DNA of 63,808 nt, counting the filler, from Octopus bimaculoides (lineage: Eukaryota), in the NCBI RefSeq assembly GCF_001194135.2. It is 6 parts of 6 records of this genome, joined end to end, with 100 filler letters (N's around TTAATTAATTAA, not from the genome) between each part and the next. Parts side by side here need not be neighbours in the genome. Positions count along the whole stretch, not along the records: positions 11,926 to 19,015 come from NC_068983.1; positions 19,116 to 48,902 come from NC_068981.1; 4 more parts are not named here. One strand, 5' to 3'. How positions within the stretch are numbered: the first letter of the stretch is position 1; every line of letters starts with the position of its first letter. The position numbers and the translations under genes are program-made. Positions 11,882 to 23,128 of this stretch are shown here, piece after piece. Below the pieces are notes generated by a model that saw nothing but the letters and a program-made list of their open reading frames with translations, ran no database searches and had not been told where the DNA came from.

Positions 11882-12009
11882 NNNNNNNNNNNNNNNNNNN
11901 NNNNNNNNNNNNNNNNNNNNNNNNNAGCGGGGTAAGTGCATGCGTCAGTTTTCTTTGGATATGTTTAACTTCAGTAGTGACATGTATGTGTGTGTATGTG
12001 TATGCGATG

Positions 12010-12760
12010 TGATGTCTTTTGGAAGACGTGTTAGAGGAGTTTGGGTGGTAAATTGAGCCGAGGAAAAAAAACGAAATGCTGCTCTCAGTGAAACGTGAAG
12101 TTCGCGGATCAGATAGACGGTGTATCGGGGGGGGGTCCGTATAGCGAAGGTAACAGCTAAGCGAAGTTAGTTTTACAAGCTGAATATCATGAAGATGTTT
12201 CATCAATCGATCAGCAACACTGCAGCCGGTTTGACAGATATAAAAAAGCATTGTAGGGAGATCAGTTAAAGCAATATATGACAGCGGTAGAGGTGCAGAA
12301 GGAATAAGGAAATATTGAAGATGTGGAGGTTCGCTCTCGCGAGGAAAGTAGTGCTGATAAGGAACAAACAAGTGTTGCAATGCGACAGGAACAAAGAGAT
12401 GACCCAGGTAAAGTGGAAGAGGCAGAGGAGGGAGAGCTATGGATGAGTAGTCTTGTAGATTATAGGCCCGTTTGAACGAATGTTGTGGATTAAGCAAGAT
12501 GTGGAAGGTGATGAGGTCCGGCTAAAGAAGGCTCAAGGCTCGTAGGATCTTATGGCGAATGGAGTAAAGTCGAGGTTGGAGAAAATGGAGGAAACGCAGT
12601 CTATGTATCGGTACAATCCGAGAAAACTAGCGATGATCTGCGTCGGCAACAAATCTGAATAGCAGAATGAATTATTTTGTAGGAGAAGGAAGAGAAGTTT
12701 CAGGCAGAAGCATTTGTCGATGACATCTGAAGGATTCTGACTGAATCGCAAGGTTTCTCT
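12010..12760 (-). mobile_element. Penelope-like (Neptune-like) element remnant, RT plus GIY-YIG
   Basis: RT-like LKLLFLLLQNNSF and LYRYID; endonuclease-like FYICQTGCSVADRLMKHLHDI; C-terminal EQHFVFFLGSIYHP. Confidence 0.75.
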
Positions 12761-12913
12761 CTTCTCTCAAAATAGTAAAACTACTTTACTAACTATTTAT
12801 ATGTTCGAATTCAGACGGTTAAGAGAGAGGCAAGGCATTTTGCCTAGCGTTCAACTGATTCTGCTAATCTAGCGATCTGATTTAAACTAGCATGCGCATG
12901 CGCACATACACAG

Positions 12914-12951
<38 letters not shown>

Positions 12952-13074
12952 TACACACAGTTAACACACACACTCACATAACTGTGTGTGTGTATGTGTG
13001 TATACGTGTGTGTGTGTGTATTGCGTGTATGTATGCATGCATGCACGCATGTATGTATGTATGTATGTATTCTG

Positions 13075-13335
13075 ATTATATGTCTGTGCACACGTTTGAA
13101 TGTGGTGTGTGCCAGAGGGTTTGCAAATCCAATGGGGGTCTTAAAAGACATGTTAGGATCCACAATGAGCAGAACTTACTTGCAGGTATTGGTAGTGCAA
13201 ATCAGAGGTGCAATCTGTGTGGGTGTTTTTTCAAAACACTGTCTGGTTTAAAAAGCCACATCAGACGCCATGAAAGGGCTAAGGTGTAGGTACAGGAGGT
13301 GGTCAAACTCTGTTTAAGGAGTAGACAACCACCAT
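13075..13335 (+). mobile_element. RTE-type LINE 3' end with two C2H2 zinc fingers and an (ATGT)n tail
   Basis: ECGVCQRVCKSNGGLKRHVRIH and RCNLCGCFFKTLSGLKSHIRRH*, then a short UTR and (TATG)n. No splice acceptor upstream. Confidence 0.65.
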
Positions 13336-13895
13336 GTATGTATGTATGTATGTATGTATGTATGTATGTATGCATGCATGTATGTATGTATGTATGTATG
13401 TATGTATTTCTGCTATACATACATACACACACGCAAACATACAGATAAAAATGGGGAGAAAGAGAGAGAGAGAGAGGAAGGAAAGAAGGAAGAGGGAGAG
13501 AGAGAGAGACAAGGTACACAATTTTTAGGTATGAAAATAAAAGAGGTCACAGATATACAATTTATGCATATGGTGTATGATACACACACACACATTTACA
13601 CACATGCACACACACATACAAGCATATTTATACACGCATACAAATATACACATATGTATGTGTATGTATGTGTATATATATATATATATATATGCACAGA
13701 GAGAGAGAGAGGTGGGGGCAGGTTAAAAAAAGATTCTTGGAAAGATGTCATGCTAAGGGATGTTTTTGTATTGCATCAATATTCTTTTTTTTTTTTTATT
13801 TCTTCTGCGCTAACCTTTTTTATTGCGAAGTACCGGATGTTTCCCTGATTAGACAGGATGTTGTGTTTGCTTTGTTGTGTTTCATTTCTTAGTTT

Positions 13896-13959
13896 TCATT
13901 CCTCCTTTATTTCGCTGTTGCTGACAACCCACGCATACTCAAAGGAAAGACCATGAGAA
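13896..13959 (-). CDS. Candidate terminal coding exon (SHGLSFEYAWVVSNSEIKEE*)
   Basis: Acceptor ttctctcgatcttgttttacag|; the phase-2 frame is open to TGA; AATAAA (plus-strand TTTATT at 13819-13824) lies about 75 nt downstream. Confidence 0.4.
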
Positions 13960-14309
13960 CTGTAAAACAAGATCGAGAGAATTCTTCTTTACCAAGATTT
14001 TGGTTAAGTAATGCCGCCAAACGACCAGACAATTACAGGCGACTACATTTTGTATTTATCCGCATATTCTTCTTTTTTTTTACTTTTCTCCTCCTTCCTC
14101 TCTTTTTATTCCTTCTTGTTCTCTTTCTTATGGCTGAATCGGAAGAGCGCTAGAAAAATATTTGACTCAATATATGTTCCGAGTTCAAATTTCGCTGTTA
14201 AAAGTCATGCTTTGCATTAAATATATATTTTAGCTTCCACGAATAAACCACAGGCCTCCCGGCAACCAGGGGATCAAAACGAAGCAACTGTCTATTATTT
14301 TGGACTTAC

Positions 14310-14347
14310 GTTAAAGTCATCGTCAGGACTCGTTCATTTATCTCTGG
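14310..14347 (-). CDS. Candidate penultimate exon (PEINERVLTMTL)
   Basis: Long pyrimidine tract cttttcttcacttttctctcagtag|; perfect donor |gtaagt; ends in phase 2, matching the 13959 exon. Confidence 0.4.
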
Positions 14348-14849
14348 CTACTGAGAGAAAAGTGAAGAAAAGCTGGTTTCAAGATAGAAGAGAGATTTTA
14401 CAAAGTATTTTATTGACCAAAAAATTAATTTTTTTTTTTTAATTAGGATCTTTCAAAGCAAATTAATGAAACACGAGCTAAGTATGCAGGACTCCTATTT
14501 ACTACTGTGCGTAGTGCCAACTTCATACAATCTGTTTCTCTCAAGGTGGACTGAACCATTCGAGAAGTTAGTATCTTGATTATTGACACGGCACGGTGTC
14601 GTTAACAAAATATGAACCATTAACCTCTTCACTCCGAAACCCTATAAACCAGGATGACTCTAATTCTAATCTAAATTGAATTATGTAAAAACTAGCTAAC
14701 AAGAAATCTAGTCGTTGTACTTGCTAGAAACAGCAACAAACTATCATTCAAAAGAAACATCAAAACACTTTAATTAGTCCTTGATAATTAAAGGAGTGGG
14801 CACTAGTCTTTTGCGACTAACATTCCCAATTGCTCTAGCAAATATTTCA

Positions 14850-15150
14850 GGCATATGGTAAGAAGTTTGCTTCCCAAACACATGGTTCCCGGTTCAGTTC
14901 CACTACGTGGCACCTTGGGCAAGTGTCCTACTATGGCCCCGGGCAGACCAAAGCCAATGTGTATGTGTGTGTGTGTGTATGTGTGTGTGTGTGTGTGTGT
15001 GTTTGTCACCACCGCTTGACAACCGATGCTGGTGTATTTACGTCCCCGTAACCTTGCAATTTGGCAGAAGTACTGATAAAATAAGTACCAGGCTTAAAAT
15101 AAAAGTACTGGGGTCGACTCATTTGACTAAAAGTTTTTCAAGGCGGTGAA
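14850..15150 (+). mobile_element. SINE family S2 with internal deletion
   Basis: CATGGTTCCCGGTTCAGTTCCACT...GGCACCTTGGGCAAGTGTC...(TG)n...CCCCGTAAC. Confidence 0.85.
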
Positions 15151-15344
15151 CTTAAGCAACTGAGAGTGAAGTATTTTGTCCTGAAACCCAAAGAAACGCC
15201 AGCAGTCTATTCGAACCAACAACATACGAACATGTAGTACAATTCTTATTTACTCAGTCATTTTACTTCGACAATTTCAGTATTGGAGTTGGCTGGAATT
15301 GTTCAACGTTTCGACCAAGATCAGTCTTAAGTAACATACTCTTT

Positions 15345-15735
15345 TCTACGCTAGGCAGAAGGCCCGAAAATTTTGGGTAGGGGACCAATCGATTAGATCG
15401 ACTCTAGTACACGCAACTGGTACTTAATTTATCGACCCCGAAAGGATAAAAGGCAAAGTCGACCACAGTGGAATTTGAACTCAGAATGTAAAGACAGACG
15501 AAATACCTATTTCGTTATTGCCCACAAGGGGCTAAACATAGAGGGAACAAACAAGAACAGACGAACGGATTAAGTCGATTACATCGACTCCAGTGCGTAA
15601 CTGGTACTTAATTTATCGACCCCGAAAGGATGAAAGGCAAAGTCGACCTCGGCGGAATTTGAACTCAGAACGTAACGGCAGACGAAATACCGCTAAGTAT
15701 TTCTCCCGGCGTGCTAACGTTTCTGCCAGCTCGCC
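15345..15735 (-). mobile_element. SINE family S1, long form with internally duplicated body
   Basis: The block ACTGGTACTTAATTTATCGACCCCGAAAGGAT...GAACTCAGAA occurs twice (about 15416 and 15599). Confidence 0.9.
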
Positions 15736-16518
15736 NNNNNNNNNNNNNNNNNNNNNNNNNNNNNNNNNNNNNNNNNNNNNNNNNNNNNNNNNNNNNNNNN
15801 NNNNNNNNNNNNNNNNNNNNNNNNNNNNNNNNNNNNNNNNNNNNNNNNNNNNNNNNNNNNNNNNNNNNNNNNNNNNNNNNNNNNNNNNNNNNNNNNNNNN
15901 NNNNNNNNNNNNNNNNNNNNNNNNNNNNNNNNNNNNNNNNNNNNNNNNNNNNNNNNNNNNNNNNNNNNNNNNNNNNNNNNNNNNNNNNNNNNNNNNNNNN
16001 NNNNNNNNNNNNNNNNNNNNNNNNNNNNNNNNNNNNNNNNNNNNNNNNNNNNNNNNNNNNNNNNNNNNNNNNNNNNNNNNNNNNNNNNNNNNNNNNNNNN
16101 NNNNNNNNNNNNNNNNNNNNNNNNNNNNNNNNNNNNNNNNNNNNNNNNNNNNNNNNNNNNNNNNNNNNNNNNNNNNNNNNNNNNNNNNNNNNNNNNNNNN
16201 NNNNNNNNNNNNNNNNNNNNNNNNNNNNNNNNNNNNNNNNNNNNNNNNNNNNNNNNNNNNNNNNNNNNNNNNNNNNNNNNNNNNNNNNNNNNNNNNNNNN
16301 NNNNNNNNNNNNNNNNNNNNNNNNNNNNNNNNNNNNNNNNNNNNNNNNNNNNNNNNNNNNNNNNNNNNNNNNNNNNNNNNNNNNNNNNNNNNNNNNNNNN
16401 NNNNNNNNNNNNNNNNNGCTTCAATCTTGACTTCGTTAAGATTAAATACGTTGAACAAAGAGGAAAAGAGGAAATCTTCATTGCTACGCTACCTACCTCC
16501 CCCTCTCTTTCATCCTAT

Positions 16519-16560
<42 letters not shown>

Positions 16561-17159
16561 AAACATGCAAGCACACACACAAACAAACAAACACGCAGGC
16601 AACTACAACCAAATGTTGTTTCCTATTTCATTTTTTTTTATTTTGCTTCTTTTACCTTTTGTAATGTTTCTCTGTTGTTTTACTTTTGTACTTGTTTCCT
16701 GGGTGGTGGTGAGGGGTGCTTTAGTTGAGGTTGAGTCTTGTTGTTTTTTTTAATGGCTCTAATGATTCTAAGAATATAATGTTATTTAGTGATGGTAGTT
16801 TCTTTGTACTAATGTTTCATCTTATCTTGTATGTACTTGCGGTCGGATTTGATGTTTAAAGTTATTTTCCAAGAATTGTCAATTTGTAGTTGTATAACAT
16901 TTTGTATGACTCATTGCTCCTTCAATGTTAAAGTCGAATAGGAGACACATTAGAAGACTAATTGCTGTTTTAAATCAGCTTTAGGTCAGAGTTCCCAATT
17001 CCCTTCTCTTTAGCTATTGCATACGGAAACATGGACACACACACACACATCATTGTACAGACATACACATATACGTACAAGCATACATATATACATACTT
17101 ATATACATACATGTATACATACATGCATGCATACATACATATATATATATATATATATC

Positions 17160-17214
<55 letters not shown>

Positions 17215-17455
17215 AGAGAGGGAGAGAGAGAAGGAGAGAGGGAGAGAGAAACGTTAAAGCGTCGGAAAAGAACGCTTTGTATTATTTGGGGTCTTTACTT
17301 CCTGAGTTCACATCACGTGGAGGTCAACCCTTCACCCTTTTGGTGTTGATAAAAGTAAAGTACCTATCAAATACTGAGGTCCACCATATCAACTAAGTCT
17401 CTCCCCTAAAAATTGTTGGCCTTTTGCCGAAATCAGAAATTATTATTATTATTTA

Positions 17456-17608
17456 TTGTCTTTGCACAGCTTCTAACGCTGGAGATGTACTATGGCGTCA
17501 GCTGTTCACTACAAGTGAACTAAGGTAACACCTCTTATTTTTTCTATGGCTTTCGGCTACTGAATGGTCAGAGCAGCGAGGAACACGTCCAGCCGCTGTC
17601 AAGGCTGG

Positions 17609-17609
<1 letters not shown>
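17456..17609 (-). mobile_element. Short element with a novel head and a Dong-like 3' tail
   Basis: The tail CAGCTGAC...CATAGTACATCTCCAGCGTTAGAAGCTGTG-(TAA)n is shared with 17688-17868 and 46408-46509; the 5' part is unrelated to the REL ORF. Confidence 0.6.
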
Positions 17610-17650
<41 letters not shown>

Positions 17651-17687
17651 TATTATTATCATTATTATTATTATTATTATTATTATT

Positions 17688-17866
17688 GTAATTGCCTTCA
17701 CACAGCTTCTAACGCTGGAGATGTACTATGGTGTCAGCTGCTCACTACCAGTGAAGTAAAGTAATACCCCTTATTTTTCGAGCACCAACCGGAGTATTCG
17801 AGCGGTTCCAAGCAGTGCTGTTTTCTGCAAGTGCTCCACCCTTACTGCAGCCCCTATTTGTTCCAT

Positions 17867-17868
<2 letters not shown>
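17688..17868 (-). mobile_element. R4/Dong-like retrotransposon 3' end
   Basis: YMEQIGAAVRVEHLQKTALLGTARILRLVLEK*, then UTR and a (TAA)n tail. Confidence 0.8.
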
Positions 17869-17903
<35 letters not shown>

Positions 17904-17915
17904 TATTATTATTAT

Positions 17916-18790
17916 TTGTTTGGCTTTTACTTTGTATTTGTACAAGTTGACTCAAAGTCTCACCCACAGACCTCAAGAGACAATAAATTATAAGTTCGAG
18001 TTGGTGTTATAACTAGAGTACCATATATTTGGTTGGTTTTGCACTAGAGAATGTCTGGGAAAAACATTATAAAATTAGGAGTTTCTTTTAAAAGTAATTT
18101 ATAAGATGATAGTATGATGTTAAGGTGACAGTAAACGATGTTTTGTTATTACGTGCATTTAAAAGTATTTTGACATTGTCCGCAGATTAAAATGATTTTG
18201 GGATTACATAGACAATATTTTTCGTAGGATGTGAGCAGTTCCCATGAGCACTACTTTTTGAATTTCTTCTATTTTTGGATTTCCTGGTATGATAGGTAGC
18301 AATCAGCTCCTTTTGCTATCATTTCTAGGGTACCTATGACAACAGATATTGTTTTAGTCCACATTTAGTCCCACATTTTGCTAATTTCTATTTCAAGATC
18401 TTTATACTTGCCCAGTTTTTGGTATGTTATCTGGTATTAACTTGTCATCTGTACATCCTCCATTTATTTCTTTATAGAATCTCTTCTGATCTACTCTGAA
18501 TAACTATTCTGGTGGTAACTCTCCATTCTTTGGTCATATCTTGCCATCTTTGCTTACTTTGCAACGAGGCGCTGTTTCAGTTCCTCCATTACTACTTTCA
18601 GGCCCTTTCTTTCAATATTATACTTTCTTTTCAGCGCCCTGTATTTCTGTTCGCTTTTAAGCTCCCCTTTTTCTTTTCGGTTTAACACAGTACTTGTTAG
18701 AGAGGAGAAATTTTCCATTATAGATGTCATCGGACCGTAGGGCACGTGTTTTTGTGTCATTATTCTTCATCAGCAACAGACATTGAATCT
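17916..18790 (-). mobile_element. R4/Dong-like retrotransposon, internally deleted
   Basis: N-terminal KRKYNIERKGLKVVMEELKQRL is fused to C-terminal KYKDLEIEISKMW...IQKVVLMGTAHILRKILSM*, followed by UTR and (TAA)n. Confidence 0.8.
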
Positions 18791-18816
18791 GTCATTCATC
18801 ATCGTTTAAAACTTAC

Positions 18817-18883
18817 CGATCCTATAGGGTAGTGAATAAATTTGTTTGTTTGTGCAAAGCTGGAATTAATAAACGGAAGCACA
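18817..18883 (-). CDS. Candidate exon (VLPFINSSFAQTNKFIHYPIGS)
   Basis: Perfect donor TCG|gtaagt; acceptors at 18883 or 18859; phase 0 end matches the 14347 exon. Confidence 0.25.
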
Positions 18884-18967
18884 CTAAATAGCGATGATTA
18901 ATATACACACTTACACGCATATACATGAATAAACATACACACGCGCGCGCACGCACGCGCGCGCACG

Positions 18968-19015
<48 letters not shown>

Positions 19016-19115
19016 NNNNNNNNNNNNNNNNNNNNNNNNNNNNNNNNNNNNNNNNNNNNTTAATTAATTAANNNNNNNNNNNNNNNNNNNNNNNNNNNNN
19101 NNNNNNNNNNNNNNN

Positions 19116-19262
19116 TAATTAAAAGCACAATAAATGAGTATAATATAAAGTAAAGTAAATATCATAAGATAAATATAATATAATAAATATAATATTATAT
19201 TATATTTATCTTATGATATTTACTTTACTTTATATTATACTCATTTATTGTGCTTTTAATTA
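19116..19262. repeat. Perfect 69-70 bp AT-rich palindrome at a contig edge
   Basis: 19116-19184 is the exact reverse complement of 19194-19262. Confidence 0.9.
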
Positions 19263-19435
19263 TTAATTTTTCTATATGTGATAGTGGATTTTCATCGATG
19301 AGTTCTTGAAAATTGGTTATTTTCCCTAAAACTATATATTTTATATATACTTTATCTATAAGGCTCAATTTAATTTTAATTTTTTATAAATTGATTTTAA
19401 TTGAGTTTTTTACCTGCAATTTTGGATTTTATCCC

Positions 19436-19466
<31 letters not shown>

Positions 19467-20249
19467 GAATTTATATAGCTCAATATTATAATATATGTCG
19501 ATGAGTATTTTCATATAATAATATTTGTATATGAATATCGATATATGTCTACTCTATCTTGAATCTGTATATCTCTAGTCGTTTACTAGGAACAATGGTT
19601 AATGGCTATGTCTATTTGTGTATGGCTTATAGCCTGACCTACACAAACACATTTTATAGACCCATACATTCACATACGTACATATGTGCACATATGTTAG
19701 TATTGTTTGTAATTCCACTTGCTTATTTACTAGTCTTTTTGAAGTCAGATATTTCATATCTCGGTCCCTCCCTCTGCATTTGACTACACCCACCAGTCTC
19801 ATAGCAGAAACCGAACTCGCTCTCTGTTCCCCACACTACACCACTCAAAACTGCCATCAAGACAAAATAAATAAAATTCCACACCCACCCAACCCCAACA
19901 CAGCACACGCACCACCACAGAACCAATACTGTACACAACACCACCATCCCCACTAACATCAACTAGCCATCCAAACACTAGATGACAGTTCGTATGTTAA
20001 TCATCACAACTCAAATTCAAGCGATATCAACAAAACACGTAAACACATAAGTAATCACACAAACACACGCAACCAAATTGATAGGTAAACACAAACACAC
20101 ACACAAGTACACACACAAATAGATGCATACATACACACGCGCGCGCACACACGTATATACACACACACACATACGTACGTACGTTGCATACATGCATACA
20201 TATACGTACATACATACACACACATATATATATGCACATATATATATAT

Positions 20250-20304
<55 letters not shown>

Positions 20305-20559
20305 TACATACACGCAAACCAACAAATACAAGTTAAATTATTCACCTATATCTAATCATTTTTTCCTTTTTCTTTTATTTTGCTGTCTTTTTTTAACTAG
20401 GTTTTTGTGTTTTATAAAATTTGTTTTTGTCTTTTTTCTCGACATAACTGCCGTATGTTTATCAAGAGTAGAACTGTCATGACAACATTTTAATATTCAC
20501 CAATTTCTTAACTTCTGTAAATCGTTGCAAACAAGCGAGTAAGGAAATTACGATAAAAC

Positions 20560-21230
20560 CTGGTACACGAGTAATGCGGTAGCGGTCAGCGTAGACGACA
20601 CTTGGTCTGTAAGAGAGATTGAGTGGTAAGTTTGATATGAGAAGTGAAGAGACTAACGTTTCGGGGTCTTGCCCTTCATTTGAGAGAAAGAGGGAGAGCG
20701 CGAGAGAAAGAGAAAGTGGTGTTGTTACTCTGGCTTCAGACTAGTAAATGATGAAAATTTGAAATAAAATAGTGATGGGTTGTATGAGTGACGAAAGCAG
20801 TGAGAGATGTGGTGATAGGGTGTCAGAGGTCTGGAGTACAGGTGGACAAAAGCATAGTAACTGGAAGCTGAGAAAGGAGGAGCAAGGAGAAAGGAACAAA
20901 GAGCAGAAGCCGAGTAGGTGTTCGTTGCCAAAAGGGTGTTTATAAATATTTGAGAAAAAAGAAATCATAAAACATTTCTTGTGAATGGACGGGTGATATG
21001 AGGAATGAATGAGGGAGAAAGTTAGACTAGAGAGAGGTGGTATGAGGTGAAAGAAGAGGAGAAAGTTATAAATCAAAGAGTGTAGTTATAGAGAGCTGAA
21101 GTTTTAAGCAAGGCTAAAGTCGGACGTCAAGTGAAAAGCTGGATGGCGATAAATGGTGGTAGTGAGCGAAGGACACTAAGAACAAGGGAGTATGTAGATA
21201 TCAAGACACCCTAAGAAAATTCTATAGTAA
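20560..21230 (-). mobile_element. Highly degenerate Penelope-like 3' end / pseudo-LTR
   Basis: CACCCTTTTGGCAACGAACACCT resembles the end of the endonuclease ORF; downstream is a mutated hammerhead-like motif at 20651-20686. Confidence 0.45.
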
Positions 21231-21740
21231 GAATGACTGAAAATTTGTCCGTAGTATAGTGCATACATATACACTGGCAGTACGTAGAGTTTCACAACCA
21301 CATACTCAAATACAAATGTTTGGGAGCATATTTACTCATGCTTACATACCCATAAACACAAGACATTTATACAACCTATAAGTAATAGAATTTTGCTAGT
21401 ATTCAAGTTCACCAGTTACTTTCTAGGTTATCTAGTCCTTTCTTTGACGTCACATCTGTTGTTGTTTTCATCAGATATCTATCAATTAGCTCGAGCACCT
21501 TCCCTGTCACTTCATCGCCATAGCACTTTCAGTATATGAAATGATAAATAAGGTCACCATAGATAGCGGTACGTTATTGGATTGTAGAGATAAACTCTTA
21601 TACCATACGAGTACTACTCTCTGAGTCTCTGTTATTAGTACCTAGAGACAGGCCGAAGCGAGATGACCAATAATCACACACATACATACATACATACATA
21701 CATACATACATACATACATACATACATACATACATACATA

Positions 21741-22447
21741 ATCCCAAGGTGCAACAGCATGTGTAGGCTATGTCGTGTTTCTGTGGAAGACATCACGCAT
21801 TTGATTAGCAGTTGTCCTAAAATGTCACGGAACTACCTCCCTATGCGGTACGACGTTGTTGCTAAAACAATTTACCATGCCATCCGCAAAAACGACTGTC
21901 CTGAAATAAACTTAGAAAATCCCTGTTATGGAATACATTCATAAACACCAACCTAAGGAATACTGGTGGAATATTCCCATCTAAACTTCTGTCGAATGTA
22001 AACATAACAGGCGGGATATTGTTGTTTGGGTCAGAAGGGGAAAGGTATGTACCGTCATAGAGGTCAGCTGCCCTCCAGATGTCTTTGAAAATCAAGGAAA
22101 AAGAGGATGTCTATGGACAACTGCTTTAAAACCTCCAGTTTCTATATCCAGACTATGAATTCATATTCATACCAATAATAATTAGAGCACTAGGTTTTGT
22201 TAGTAAATGCTTAAAGGAGAATTCGGATGAACTGGGATTTTCAGAAAGAGAAATCAACCGGCGGCTAATTCGTACATTATAAGTGCAATCTGTGAATGGA
22301 ACAGTAAAAATATGCAAGACTTCTCAAGTTCCAAATGTGAATTTGTCTGTGTTAACTACATTCCAAAGATGGATCCTTGTATCTTTGTTCGAAACCGGCT
22401 CCCTCCTCAGTGGACGATTTATAATACTTAAAGATAGAAGATAGAGA
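21741..22447 (+). mobile_element. REL-endonuclease (R4/NeSL-type) non-LTR retrotransposon 3' fragment
   Basis: CRLCRVSVEDITHLISSCPKMS...RYDVVAKTIY (CCHC knuckle), KHNRRDIVVW...IEVSCP (PD-D/ExK region), IPIIIRALG. (CATA)n on both sides. Confidence 0.85.
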
Positions 22448-22589
22448 CATACATGCATACATACATACATACATACATACATACATACATACGTACACAG
22501 ACAACTTTCATAGCCGCAAGCGCGTATGACATCGTAACATACTTCATACTTTCGATAATTGCTGAAAGCGTCCATACATTTATGAACAG

Positions 22590-22775
22590 ACAGACACACT
22601 CTCGCCCCTTCCATCCTTGACACAATTCAGCATCGAGAATGTGACAGGTGGAATGTAAAACGGATTTCCACTGGGTAGACTGAAGCAATGCGAAATTAAG
22701 TGTTTTGCTAAAGAATACAATGCGACACACGGTCCAGAAATCGAACCCATGGTGTTATGATAATGAGTCCAACAA
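22590..22775 (-). mobile_element. tRNA-derived SINE family S4 (degenerate)
   Basis: Reverse complement resembles 22874-23128 (GGTTCGATTTCTGGACC...TTCTTTAGCAAAACACTT). Confidence 0.7.
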
Positions 22776-22873
22776 GTAAGGCTTTCATCGGTCATAGTTC
22801 ATCATATATTTGTTCCTCTATTTGTGGCAGATTACCAGATGCTTACGCATGTTAATACCCCTCTCCTCTCAGT

Positions 22874-23128
22874 GGAGGCGCGTGGACTAGTGGTTAGGGT
22901 GTCGGACTCGTGATCGTAAGATTGTGGCTTCCATTCCTGGACCGGGCGACGTGTTGTGTTCTTGAATGAAGCACTTCATTTCGCTTTGCTCCAGTTCAAT
23001 CAACTGGCAGAAAATGAGTAATCGTACGACGGACCCGCGTCCCAACCGGGTGAGAACTTATACGCCATTGAAACCGGGAAGACGACCCTTATGAGTAGAC
23101 ATGACTTGAGAAGGTGACTTTTTTTTTA
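22874..23128 (+). mobile_element. tRNA-derived SINE family S4
   Basis: A-box GTGGACTAGTGGTTAGG, B-box-like region, TGTGTTCTTGA...CACTT body and a T-rich end. Confidence 0.8.
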
